IMG/VR virus record: IMGVR_UViG_3300021389_000005 | Coordinates: 1-64,000 of that record | DNA length: 64,000 nucleotides | DNA from: a virus | Direction: 5' to 3' (one strand) | Shown: positions 30,574 through 41,247 of the stretch, piece by piece | How the letters are laid out: each line of letters begins with the position of its first letter | Numbering within the stretch: position 1 is the first letter of the stretch | Translations under genes and position numbers: made by a program | Notes under the pieces: generated by a model | Databases searched by the model: none | What the model was told of the DNA's origin: nothing | What the model saw: only the letters and a program-made list of their open reading frames with translations

Positions 30574-33500
30574 ATGGCAGCACAAAGTTTTAAATTATTT
30601 CAAGGATCTGCAGATCAAACGTCAGCATGTGGCTTTGATCGTAACGTTGACCCAACGCTGGATATAGAAGTGTGGTATGATGATACTAATAGTGTTACTC
30701 CAGCTTCTCCATATGATATAACAACACTTCCTAGTGGTTCACAATTATATACGAATGATACTTTAGCAGCTAACAGCATGCTTGACGCAAATCATCTCGG
30801 TGGATCCGGATTACCTGTAGGTGGAGATAATTGGTGGACATTAAGGGATAATAATAATTTTGGTCAAATAAAAATTGAAAGTACATCTGGAGAAACTAGC
30901 GATGTATACACAAATTGTACTTTAGAGTACAAAATAGCAGAGTTTAGAGACGATAATGGTGCTCCCATTTCCACTGTACTTGAAGGCGAAAGTATAGAGC
31001 TTTACATTGAGGCAATAGGTGATTTAGACGGAGTAACTGTAGCTTACGATCTAGATTCATCTTCAGATGCAGATTACGATGATCTTGAGAATCTTAACCA
31101 AGGAGGTGATATTACATTTTCTTCTGTAGATGGTGATCTGTTTAGATGGTCAGCTGTACTACCCGTTGAAATAGACACTGATGCAATCGGTGAAGGTACA
31201 GAATCACTGGTCTTTATATTAGGCGACAGTAGTAATCAAGATGACGCAGGAAATGACATAGGCATTCCTACGGTTTCTATAGATATAACAGACGTGTCAC
31301 CAACTCCGTCGCCCGTGCCGTCCTCAACTCCGTCACCAACTCCGTTACCAGAGTTTGAGTGTAGTGACGCAAATTTAGACTTGACTGCTTTGTCAGGTTT
31401 ACCAGCAGGTACACAAATTGACACGACTTTAATTACTATAAGTGCAGGAACAGTAGCAAGCATAGCACCAACCACTATTCAATCAGGTAGTGCTCAATAT
31501 GCGATTACGGTAACCGTGCCATCGAGTGGTTTTAATAATTCTGGATCAACAATATCGTGTGATGAAAGTATTACTGGTGATAGTGCACCAACTGCTAATG
31601 ATTTAATAATATCTCTTGATTCAGAAGAGAGCGAAGATATTAATATTTGGAATCTTGTAAGCGATGATATTACCAGCGACGGTGATTTAACTATTACTTT
31701 AGGTGCTTTAAACCCTGCTTTAACTGGATCATCTTTAACAGGATTAAATGCCTCTGGAATAACAACATATCAAGCACCTTTAGTTGAATTTTCTCAAGGA
31801 AACAAAACACAAACATTTACATACACAGCAGAAGATGTTGCTGGAAATACATCTACGGGTACTGTTACTATTAATATATCGGCTGAAGCAAATACTGCTC
31901 CAGTATTTCAAGGTACACCATATAGCATAACTACTCAGTTAAATCAAACTACTGCGGAAATAATTTCTTATTCTGCGACAGATGCAGAAGGACATGTAAT
32001 TACATATGCTATTTCTGTTCAGCCCACAAAAGGTGTTGCCACATTAGATACAGCTAATTCTACAGTTTCATATATACCAAACGGTGGTGAAACTGGACCT
32101 GATTCAATAATATTGACTGCGACAGACAGCCAAGGATCTCCAACAGACACTAACATTACTATTGCTATTCAATTTCCGGCATATTTTGAAATTTTAGCAA
32201 CTTCATTTTTTAATAATGAAGATGACGCATGTTTAGATCCTGCAACAGTTGCAGTTTGGTTTTCTACACAAAACGCAACACAAATAAGCGATCTTGCTGT
32301 AGGTGACAAAATATACAACGATGCCAATGGAAATGGTGTTTATGCTTCTGGATTTTGTAAAATACAACAAGGATCTTTAGAAAAAGTTGTACAGATAGGA
32401 TCTGATGGAGCTATTCTATCGATTGATAATTGTGATGCTCAATCTAATTTATTTCAATCAACTAGAGTTAGATATTCTGGGTCGGAAACAAATTTATGTA
32501 ATGATCTTGGAGGTGAAGTAGTTGATATATTTTATGGAATTTCAAACCCTTCGGATCCATCACAAGACATAGCAACACTTGTTGCAAATAACACACCATT
32601 GTTTGTTAGTAGTTATAGAGCAAATCAATATGCTAACGGATTTAACAATGATTTAGAAGGCTTAATACCTGCAGGTTTATATCAAGGACTCACTGAACCA
32701 GTCTTTTATTTTAAAAGAGGTGGCGATGATTCTTGGATTACAGTCAATCCGAATGATTATCAATTCAAATGTCCTGATCCTATTGTATATGACACATTTA
32801 GTTTAGGATTATTAAGCTATGATACCAGCGTTGACGATCTTTGTAATTCAAACACCGACAGCATTGAAATATTTTATAGATTACCACAAGTTGATGGATT
32901 TTCACAGTCGGCTGCAACTCTACTTGAAATAGCACAAGGTAATATCCCAATATTTACAAGTGAAAGAGCGGCCACTGAAAACTTAATAGATGGTTTGGCT
33001 CCAAGTGGAGTATATTCTATTGATACGGATGAATATTTTGTATGGAACAACGAAGGTGATGGATTTGAATATAACTGGTATGGCTTTAATAGTCAAAATC
33101 AATTTGTAAAAGATTCACAAATTACACGACCTGGAAACTGTTCACAATATGTTAGACCTGACATGAGCAATAATGTAGGTGTAACAACAGGTGACGGTGG
33201 ATTAAATGACACTAATGTATATTATGCGTTTTATTCATGTGCTGCAAATACTGATCAAGAAAATATATTAGGAACCGTTTCTCAATACTGGAATTTATAT
33301 GTAGTAGATGCTGGCTTTGATATGACGCTAACAGATGAAGGTAATTCAGTAGAAGTAGGGGAAAGCCCACTTAAAGGATTTTTAGAAAGCCTTAACTTAG
33401 CACCTAATGAATCTGTAACAATTAAACCAAATGGATTTGATTGTTTAACATATGTACATACAGTATGGTCAGAAACTATAAGCGATGCAATAAATGTTCT

Positions 33501-36500
33501 TAAGGTTAAAGGATTCGATACAAATGGAATTAAGATATCTGCTACTAACGCGGTTGATCTAGGTTTTGGAAGTGAGAATGAAATTTATTCATATGCAGAA
33601 TCTGGATGCCAAGCATGTAAAGATGACGTTGCACCATTAGCGACATACACTTTACCGTTTATTGACGGTGATGTTATTGAAGCATTAGGTCCTAACTTTA
33701 ATCTAGAAACTAATTATAAATTAGATAATGTTTCTAGACCTCTTTTAAGAACAAATCCTAAACTTACAACAAATATTAAATTAGTAGTAAATGAAAGCGA
33801 TAATCTATATTTAGAAAGTATAAACGCAACTAAAGAATTGGCATCAATCGAGTATAAAAAGTTTCCAATTAATAAAGATGGAAAATATTCATATGACGTT
33901 GCTAATTTTTATAATGTAAACATGACTCCCAATAAGATCATGTTCCAAACTAAAAGAGATTATTCTGATATTACCGTTTTAGATAGTTATGAAAAACAAA
34001 TTGAGGAATCATATCAATATGGTGCTAATTACAACTTCTCTAAAGCACATGAAGAAGACTTTAGAATTTTTGCTCCAATTTGGTTAGATACACATATACC
34101 TAGAAATTTTGTTATCTACAGAGTTAACGATCCTGTGGGTTCTTTGGATCTAAAGGACAACGCTGCTGATAATTTTAGAAGAATACAAAATCTTCTTCAA
34201 AATGCAGAGATTATTAAATCATTTGATTTAACTAGAAATTCTAACATTGGTACGTATTTAAGAAACCACGTCCAAGATGAAACTTTCCCTAAATCTCCGA
34301 TTACTGTTAATTTTGAAAAGAAAGAAAAATCTAGTTTTAACGGTATAGATCTTATTAAAGGTGGATTTACTAGCAAGGGTGAATACTTATATAAAGATTA
34401 CATCTTAACTGATAAACCTTTAATAGAGGCTAATGATTATATCACAGATGCCTTTAGAAGAAATGAAATCGCATCAGCAAATCTAATTAATTTAGAATTT
34501 TTATTTAATGATAACCTAGCAGAAGACTATAGTGTAAATAGATATTTCGGATTATTCGTAGACGAAATAGATTCTGGATATGGTAGAATATTTTCAATAG
34601 ACGGTAAAATTCATCAGTTTAAAGAATTAAATTCTTTAGTGGATCCATCATTACCAGAAACAGCAATACCATCACATAAGCAAGTTACTACTATGCCAAT
34701 GTTGGCATATGCAAGCGCAGGTAATAGATTTTTCAATATTTCTAGCAACACAGTATATGATGATAGTGAATGGAAAGTTGCAATAGAAGATGGTGATAAT
34801 TACATATCTAGTCAATTAGGCATAAAACAAACTGGCAGGTCAATTGATCTGGTTGAAAACAATGATCATGGCTACGACTTCATTAAGCTAAATGTAGTAA
34901 ATACGCCGTACACTAACGATTCACTAGGGATCACTAATATCAAAGAGGAAGCTAATAAATTTACGTTTATTAAGCACGTCGAAGGTGAAGTAATTGTATT
35001 TGCTATTGATAATCCTTTAGATATAAATACACCTAAAACATTTTCAATAACAACATCTGCAGAAATGCCAGATACCGTTAAAACTATTTTTAATAAAGTA
35101 ACTGCAGGTACGGATTTAGATGGGCAACCTCTTAATGCTGGAACCGGAGTTGGTGAACTAGAAGATTCTGAATTATTTAGAGATATTTTTGATATAACGT
35201 TTGATAGCGTAAACCTAACGGGTGTTAAAAGTTTCTTTTTTACAGAAAAAATAGCAAATTTAGGTGATTTAAATCTAAGAATAATTTCACAGGGAGATTG
35301 TATTATTAGAAACGACGAAATCCAAACTAATTTAAATCTACAAAATAGCATATACAGGGCAGAATCACAATTAGAATCAAAAAGATTCGAAGGATATAGA
35401 TACTCCAATCAAGGTACATCTACCGATATAGCAGTAGCATTGGCAGCATGTATTGATAGTAACGAAACTAGGTTTTCAGCATATAATGTCGGATCTTCGG
35501 TTTATATTGTAAGCGCTGTTTCAGGTTATGAATTAATGCAATCTTGTTTACTATTAGGAAAGGGTAATGTTAATGAATTCTTAAGTATAGATAATGCTGA
35601 CACATTTAATAGATTACAATTAAGAGAATCTATAGACCTATTACCTGGTCATGCTATTCTAGAAAATTATGATTCTTATTTCTTATCTGGAGGAAATGCA
35701 CCTGGAAAATCAGTATTTGTAAATAATGAAACACTCAGCGAAATAAGCGCTAATGATTATATAGAAACAGAATATAAGGGCGTTTATAACAAGGTGATTG
35801 ATGTGGTAGAAGATATTACTAGAACCGACAGTGAATATTCTAAAATAATATTAGAAAACAAAAACGACTTAAAAGACGGTGACAGTAAAGTTTATTACGA
35901 AAACGAGGTTAGACTTGGTTTATTTTCTGCATACAACATATATGACTTAAACGTTGATTTTTATGACACTTCTAATTCTGATATAAAAGAGTTAGCGTAT
36001 GAAACTCAATCTGAAATAGATTATGAGCCTTACACGAATGCCATAAACAATGTAGATCCTACTACTGGAATTGAAACCACAATATTAGGAGCTAGAGATA
36101 TTTTTAGCGAGGATTTTGAATTAAACCCTATTGATTATTTTTCTAATCTATCTAAGATACTGACTGAAGAATCAGTTGATGATGAAGACGATGTTCAAAT
36201 AACTTCAGAATATGATAGACTTAAGGAAAATAACCTAAAACAATATGCTATTAATTCTAGAATAGTACCAAATATTAATAAATGGGTACTTAAAGATACA
36301 GTTACTGTAAGAGAGCAGCCATATTATTTAAATGTTAACGAAGCTTTTGGTAGAACTAATTTTTCTCCAGATTTAACTGTATCTGAAAGAAATAGAGAAT
36401 CAATGACACATGAGTGGTTTTACATTGAAAAACCACCAAAATATTTAAAGTATAACGAAATCAACGATACTTTTAGTTATGTTAATTTTATAGAGGGGTT

Positions 36501-38721
36501 TGATTTAAGCGCCAACTTATTTAGAAGCACAACTAATGATTATTTTAATGCATTTATGGTAAGTGATGGTTTTGAAAAAACACTTACTGAAGAAGATTTA
36601 GTAGATATTTACGATGATATTTTAGAAGGTGATCCTGAAATAAATTCAATAGGAGGTTCAATTACTTCGTTTATTAAAACCAATATACTAAAAAAATATT
36701 CATTAATAAGCGGTGGTAATAATATGTCACATGCTAGTACTATATTTAAAGGAATTAAAGTTGATTTTAAAAATAGAAAAGAATTTTTAAATCCAATTGC
36801 AACAGAAGTTGTGAAGAGTAGCGAATTTAATGGTTATAAATTTAGCGTATTGCTTAAAGTAAACGAAGACGCTAGTACGAATAGTATATCGTATGAAGTA
36901 ATTCAAAATAAAAAGTTTAAATTCGTTATAATGTACATTACATTGAATTTAGGTGATTATTGGATTGACAACAATATGAATAGAAAACTTCTTTATGAAT
37001 TAAATCACAAAATAGTGTTTGATTCTGACCAAGAAGATTTTACATACGCAGATACTAAATTTAACGGTGCATTACAATTTAATGACCCTTCTATTAACTG
37101 GTCAGACGAAGGACCTTACACAATTCCTGGTATATCGCACACAAATGGATCTTTACCAAAATTTGATTCTCAAATAACACTGGGCGATGATGGTCTATAC
37201 GGAGAGATTCTTTTAGATTTATTTCCGAATGACGATACTAATTCTATCTATAAAGTTTCAGTAACTGCAGTAGATTCAGATAATTCATTAAAAATATCTG
37301 GTAAGCCTGTCAATATATCTGATAGTACTGATATTTTAAATGTTGAATTCTTACCTAATTCTATCCAAAGAGGTGCAGAATACACATATGTCGGTGGTGG
37401 AGCCAACGCACATAAAGTTATTTTAGAAAAGCTAACGGCAAAATCAGTTGCAGATTTAGTTAACCTAAACAACGACGAGATTGTATACACTACTGTTGAT
37501 GTTGATGGAACAGTACATAACAATAGATTTGTTATAAACTTTAGTGATGGAACAGAAGTAATACAAAGGTCTGAGCTTAATATAGAAGAAGATACTGATA
37601 AGCCTAAAAGTTTTAAATTATTTAAAGGTAATATAGGTTATAATTTAATGTCAGAATCTGAATACTATCCATTTTTAATTAGACATAATGGAAACTACAC
37701 GGTAGACATGAAGCCTGTCGTTACATTTACAGATCCATATTCTCACTTTAAAGTTAATAGGTTGCATTTAACAAATAATGCAAATGAACTTAAATTTGAG
37801 GAATTACTATATAAACACTCTTTAACAAACTTAAGTGAATTTAATAGAGCAGATGCATATTATAGAAGATATAACAGGTGTGGTGTTATGTTTAACTTAG
37901 GTTTTATTAGTGATGATGGAACTCATGATTCAAATTGGGGATTAATTCAAAATCATTTCTATCATAAAGTAAATGAAATTAATCCGAGCGGTGTAACTAA
38001 ACTTTCAACAACGAGTGATAAGTTGCCACTATACCCACTTATTGGAGAGATTGCTATTGATAAAAAAGACATTAATGTATTTAGATCCTCTTGGGATTCT
38101 GAATATTATACTAGGTCATTAGCCGGTGGAAATTCTACCAATATACCTGGTACATTTGATACACATGAAGAAAGATCTTATTTAGCATCAACTATTATGA
38201 AGCCTAAATATTCATATGAACTTCTTGATTTTAATACATCTTATGTTAATTCTGAAGAAGAATTGGACGAAATTCTGATAAACAGTGCTAATACAAGTGA
38301 CGTTGTAGTATTCGAAAATATAAATTACATAATAGCAGATTTTTATGTGGCTGATATTTTAATTACTAAACTAGCAAAAGAAGGTGTACTAGAAAGTATT
38401 TCACAATACGTTACTCCATCTAATTCGGCTGGAAATAAAGAAACGTTAACGGACGATGCATTAATGTATGCTGAAAATAATTTAATAGAAACATATATTT
38501 TAGATTCTATTAGATTGTACACTAAACAATTTAAAGGTAAAGGTTCTAAGATTATAAATGCGGTAACTATTGATCAATTAGACAGTGACGGATTTACTCT
38601 TGATAAGAATAATTTTGCATATAGAAGTCATGTGCAAAAGCCAATGAATTTTAGGTTGATATATAATAAAAGATTAGGCTACTCTTATGATATAAAACCT
38701 ATGATAAAAATAAAGTCATAA
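30574..38721 (+). CDS. Giant virion protein: N-terminal Ig/cadherin-like and Cys-containing modules plus a long C-terminal structural region
   Basis: 2715 aa; EGTESLVFIL, NTAPVF...ATDAEG...QPTKG...YIPN...D cadherin/Big-like motifs; SPTPSP linker. Confidence 0.65.
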   Translation: MAAQSFKLFQGSADQTSACGFDRNVDPTLDIEVWYDDTNSVTPASPYDITTLPSGSQLYTNDTLAANSMLDANHLGGSGLPVGGDNWWTLRDNNNFGQIKIESTSGETSDVYTNCTLEYKIAEFRDDNGAPISTVLEGESIELYIEAIGDLDGVTVAYDLDSSSDADYDDLENLNQGGDITFSSVDGDLFRWSAVLPVEIDTDAIGEGTESLVFILGDSSNQDDAGNDIGIPTVSIDITDVSPTPSPVPSSTPSPTPLPEFECSDANLDLTALSGLPAGTQIDTTLITISAGTVASIAPTTIQSGSAQYAITVTVPSSGFNNSGSTISCDESITGDSAPTANDLIISLDSEESEDINIWNLVSDDITSDGDLTITLGALNPALTGSSLTGLNASGITTYQAPLVEFSQGNKTQTFTYTAEDVAGNTSTGTVTINISAEANTAPVFQGTPYSITTQLNQTTAEIISYSATDAEGHVITYAISVQPTKGVATLDTANSTVSYIPNGGETGPDSIILTATDSQGSPTDTNITIAIQFPAYFEILATSFFNNEDDACLDPATVAVWFSTQNATQISDLAVGDKIYNDANGNGVYASGFCKIQQGSLEKVVQIGSDGAILSIDNCDAQSNLFQSTRVRYSGSETNLCNDLGGEVVDIFYGISNPSDPSQDIATLVANNTPLFVSSYRANQYANGFNNDLEGLIPAGLYQGLTEPVFYFKRGGDDSWITVNPNDYQFKCPDPIVYDTFSLGLLSYDTSVDDLCNSNTDSIEIFYRLPQVDGFSQSAATLLEIAQGNIPIFTSERAATENLIDGLAPSGVYSIDTDEYFVWNNEGDGFEYNWYGFNSQNQFVKDSQITRPGNCSQYVRPDMSNNVGVTTGDGGLNDTNVYYAFYSCAANTDQENILGTVSQYWNLYVVDAGFDMTLTDEGNSVEVGESPLKGFLESLNLAPNESVTIKPNGFDCLTYVHTVWSETISDAINVLKVKGFDTNGIKISATNAVDLGFGSENEIYSYAESGCQACKDDVAPLATYTLPFIDGDVIEALGPNFNLETNYKLDNVSRPLLRTNPKLTTNIKLVVNESDNLYLESINATKELASIEYKKFPINKDGKYSYDVANFYNVNMTPNKIMFQTKRDYSDITVLDSYEKQIEESYQYGANYNFSKAHEEDFRIFAPIWLDTHIPRNFVIYRVNDPVGSLDLKDNAADNFRRIQNLLQNAEIIKSFDLTRNSNIGTYLRNHVQDETFPKSPITVNFEKKEKSSFNGIDLIKGGFTSKGEYLYKDYILTDKPLIEANDYITDAFRRNEIASANLINLEFLFNDNLAEDYSVNRYFGLFVDEIDSGYGRIFSIDGKIHQFKELNSLVDPSLPETAIPSHKQVTTMPMLAYASAGNRFFNISSNTVYDDSEWKVAIEDGDNYISSQLGIKQTGRSIDLVENNDHGYDFIKLNVVNTPYTNDSLGITNIKEEANKFTFIKHVEGEVIVFAIDNPLDINTPKTFSITTSAEMPDTVKTIFNKVTAGTDLDGQPLNAGTGVGELEDSELFRDIFDITFDSVNLTGVKSFFFTEKIANLGDLNLRIISQGDCIIRNDEIQTNLNLQNSIYRAESQLESKRFEGYRYSNQGTSTDIAVALAACIDSNETRFSAYNVGSSVYIVSAVSGYELMQSCLLLGKGNVNEFLSIDNADTFNRLQLRESIDLLPGHAILENYDSYFLSGGNAPGKSVFVNNETLSEISANDYIETEYKGVYNKVIDVVEDITRTDSEYSKIILENKNDLKDGDSKVYYENEVRLGLFSAYNIYDLNVDFYDTSNSDIKELAYETQSEIDYEPYTNAINNVDPTTGIETTILGARDIFSEDFELNPIDYFSNLSKILTEESVDDEDDVQITSEYDRLKENNLKQYAINSRIVPNINKWVLKDTVTVREQPYYLNVNEAFGRTNFSPDLTVSERNRESMTHEWFYIEKPPKYLKYNEINDTFSYVNFIEGFDLSANLFRSTTNDYFNAFMVSDGFEKTLTEEDLVDIYDDILEGDPEINSIGGSITSFIKTNILKKYSLISGGNNMSHASTIFKGIKVDFKNRKEFLNPIATEVVKSSEFNGYKFSVLLKVNEDASTNSISYEVIQNKKFKFVIMYITLNLGDYWIDNNMNRKLLYELNHKIVFDSDQEDFTYADTKFNGALQFNDPSINWSDEGPYTIPGISHTNGSLPKFDSQITLGDDGLYGEILLDLFPNDDTNSIYKVSVTAVDSDNSLKISGKPVNISDSTDILNVEFLPNSIQRGAEYTYVGGGANAHKVILEKLTAKSVADLVNLNNDEIVYTTVDVDGTVHNNRFVINFSDGTEVIQRSELNIEEDTDKPKSFKLFKGNIGYNLMSESEYYPFLIRHNGNYTVDMKPVVTFTDPYSHFKVNRLHLTNNANELKFEELLYKHSLTNLSEFNRADAYYRRYNRCGVMFNLGFISDDGTHDSNWGLIQNHFYHKVNEINPSGVTKLSTTSDKLPLYPLIGEIAIDKKDINVFRSSWDSEYYTRSLAGGNSTNIPGTFDTHEERSYLASTIMKPKYSYELLDFNTSYVNSEEELDEILINSANTSDVVVFENINYIIADFYVADILITKLAKEGVLESISQYVTPSNSAGNKETLTDDALMYAENNLIETYILDSIRLYTKQFKGKGSKIINAVTIDQLDSDGFTLDKNNFAYRSHVQKPMNFRLIYNKRLGYSYDIKPMIKIKS

Positions 38722-38722
38722 A

Positions 38723-40237
38723 ATGGCAATCAACATTAGAGAAATATTACATCCAAGTGATTCTGATTCTATTAAGTTTGAGAAAATCAACTATAATTTT
38801 GACCAGATACTTGCAAACGGAGGAGGTCCAAGAGGGCTAAAGGGACAAAAAGGTGATCAGGGAAATCCAGGTTTAACTGGAACCAAAGGTGATCAAGGAC
38901 TAAAAGGTGATCAGGGACTAAAAGGTGAAACTGGTACTACTAATACTCCATGGTCTTCTGTGGATCCAAGTAACGACACTACTTATAAAATTTTAAAACC
39001 AAAGAGATTAGGTTTAACTTATACTCCGGTGGTTTTTATAGGTGATGAAACCTTCGATGAAACTTTAACACAAGACGGAACAAACACTGGAATCAACTCT
39101 AAATTAACTATAAAGAAAGATTCTATTGCCTTTGATAATTATATTACATTATTAGATGACATAAGTGGTGAAAAAATAGTATTTACAGGATCATATGACG
39201 GTGGTCAATCTATAACTAGATTTGCTATTCAAAATGCGTTTCAAGCTTCTAATATTCAGTTTGCAATAAGCGTAGATTATATAGATTTAGATTCTAATAA
39301 TAACACAAATATTACAGGTGGAGCTGGTGTTAATATCCAGTCTGGAGGAGACTCTAACATTAAATTAGAAACTCTAGGAAATGGAATATTAGATGTAGAT
39401 TCGAATGCTGAATTTAAAGGGTATGTTAAATTAAATAATACATCTGATCCAATAGCACCAAGTGCTGGTATGATTAGATACAATTCAAACACCAATACAT
39501 TTGAAGGTTATTTTGCTAGCAATGAGTGGAAAGAATTATGTACTGAATGTGGAGCTGGAGTATCTAACTCTGTAATTATAGGCGGTGGAAATATAGATGC
39601 AAATGCAGATGGAACTCCAGTTAATAGTAATAGTATCTCTATCGGTGGTGGAAATACACCAAGTGGAGATATAGATGCAAATGCAGATGGAACTCCAGTT
39701 GGATCTTCTCCAACTCCGACACCGAGTTCGAGTGCAATACCTCCAACTCCGACACCGAGCCCGTCAGAATCGACGCCTGCGCCTAGTAGTATTAGCATAA
39801 CGTTAGATGATCATAATGATTCAAGTTCAAGATACGATGGCTCATATCCATACCTTATTGGATTTACATTAGCTGGTACTCCAGAAGGACAGTCGCCTGT
39901 TGATCCTGATAATGTATCTGATACTAATATTACTATGACGGTAGATGGCCAAATGATGGCACAACAAACCAATACTAGTAAAGGAATTGTAACTTCATGG
40001 ACGGGTGATTATTTAGTAACTAAAAATATATCACCTCTTAACACTGTAACTGATGATATTGAACTAACATATGCGGGTGTAGGAGTTGGTGAAAACTTCT
40101 TCTATGAAGTTCAAGGTTCTCAGGTTGGTAACAATAAGGGTAATTTTGTACCTGCAACACCAACTCCGACACCAAGTTCGAGCCCGAGCCCAACGCCTCC
40201 CGCTAGTGGCAATTTGCAATACAATGTCAAAGGATAA
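38723..40237 (+). CDS. Collagen-like tail fibre/whisker protein
   Basis: G-X-Y run (GPRGLKGQKGDQ...), GMIRYN...FEGY fibre motif, PT-rich linkers; GATATATA at 38658. Confidence 0.7.
   Translation: MAINIREILHPSDSDSIKFEKINYNFDQILANGGGPRGLKGQKGDQGNPGLTGTKGDQGLKGDQGLKGETGTTNTPWSSVDPSNDTTYKILKPKRLGLTYTPVVFIGDETFDETLTQDGTNTGINSKLTIKKDSIAFDNYITLLDDISGEKIVFTGSYDGGQSITRFAIQNAFQASNIQFAISVDYIDLDSNNNTNITGGAGVNIQSGGDSNIKLETLGNGILDVDSNAEFKGYVKLNNTSDPIAPSAGMIRYNSNTNTFEGYFASNEWKELCTECGAGVSNSVIIGGGNIDANADGTPVNSNSISIGGGNTPSGDIDANADGTPVGSSPTPTPSSSAIPPTPTPSPSESTPAPSSISITLDDHNDSSSRYDGSYPYLIGFTLAGTPEGQSPVDPDNVSDTNITMTVDGQMMAQQTNTSKGIVTSWTGDYLVTKNISPLNTVTDDIELTYAGVGVGENFFYEVQGSQVGNNKGNFVPATPTPTPSSSPSPTPPASGNLQYNVKG
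39591..39700 (+). repeat. 32-bp intragenic direct repeat encoding IDANADGTPV
   Basis: Identical copies at 39591-39622 and 39669-39700. Confidence 0.85.
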
Positions 40238-40579
40238 GAAAGAATTAAATATAAATATAAAAAGAAATAAAACAAAATAAAAAATGGCACATACATACAC
40301 AAGAACAGTAACAGTAGTTCCAAGCGATGATAATTATGAATGGCAGAATCCTGCAGGGTGGATAACCATTAATCAAGTTGGAAGCTCTGATACGTGGGAG
40401 ATTACAGTATCTGATAATACGACTAGTCAAAATAGGTCAGCAATATTAACGGTTAATCATTCTGATGGTGCAACTACTAATTCTATTACAGTAAATCAAG
40501 CTGGTACAGGTGGAATAACAGCATCTCCAACTCCACAGCCTAGTCCAAGTTCGAGTGCAATACCTCCAACTCCGACACC
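39725..40579 (+). repeat. 32-bp repeat shared by two adjacent fibre genes (SSSAIPPTPTP linker)
   Basis: AGTTCGAGTGCAATACCTCCAACTCCGACACC at 39725-39756 and 40548-40579. Confidence 0.85.
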
Positions 40580-41228
40580 AAGTAATTCGGCAGCAGCTGA
40601 AACAATAGCTGTTACATTTAATAACACATCACTTGCTAACTTTTTATTAGATGATGATAACGGTGGAAAAGGAGGAGGGGCAGGCTCAGCCTCACTAACA
40701 TATAGCTATAATTATAGCGGTACGACATCTGGGAATTTAGTACCTGTAATTACACAAATCGATCCTAGGATTTCGGTTACTTTTGCTCACGGTACATCTG
40801 CCGGCGGAGTTACATACGGTTCAATCTACATTAACAGTATAGACACTGGTGGTTGTCCAGCACAAGGTTTAACATTAACTGATTTAATAATATCTCATCC
40901 TGGTAATAGTAATGCAACATATACTTTAAATGGTAGCTTAACGCAAGCCTTTGTCTGTAATGATTTCCAAGTCTATAAAGGCACTAGCCCATCGAATGCA
41001 TGTCTCCAAATAGGAAGTGGAGCAGATACATATTCATCAGCTGATGCAACTTGGCAAAATGGAACGATATTATTTGACGGAGCCAACGGTTCAATAACAC
41101 CAGCAGAAGAAGACAGATATTACATACACCCTCTTGTTTCTTCTAATGCTATTTGGTACAATAGAATAGGTGGACTAGGTTTAGAATTAAGTACATCTCA
41201 ATGTAGTGATTTTAGTACATCTTCTTAA
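40284..41228 (+). CDS. BACON-domain virion/receptor-binding accessory protein
   Basis: W...WITI...ITVSDNTTSQNRSAILTV...ITVNQAG is a BACON-type signature. Confidence 0.7.
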   Translation: MAHTYTRTVTVVPSDDNYEWQNPAGWITINQVGSSDTWEITVSDNTTSQNRSAILTVNHSDGATTNSITVNQAGTGGITASPTPQPSPSSSAIPPTPTPSNSAAAETIAVTFNNTSLANFLLDDDNGGKGGGAGSASLTYSYNYSGTTSGNLVPVITQIDPRISVTFAHGTSAGGVTYGSIYINSIDTGGCPAQGLTLTDLIISHPGNSNATYTLNGSLTQAFVCNDFQVYKGTSPSNACLQIGSGADTYSSADATWQNGTILFDGANGSITPAEEDRYYIHPLVSSNAIWYNRIGGLGLELSTSQCSDFSTSS

Positions 41229-41247
41229 AATAATAATATTATAAACA

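Noticed and set aside
40086-40283. Programmed frameshift joining the collagen fibre to the BACON gene
   Set aside because: The bridging ORF stops at 40280, no clear slippery site, and 40284 has its own A-rich leader
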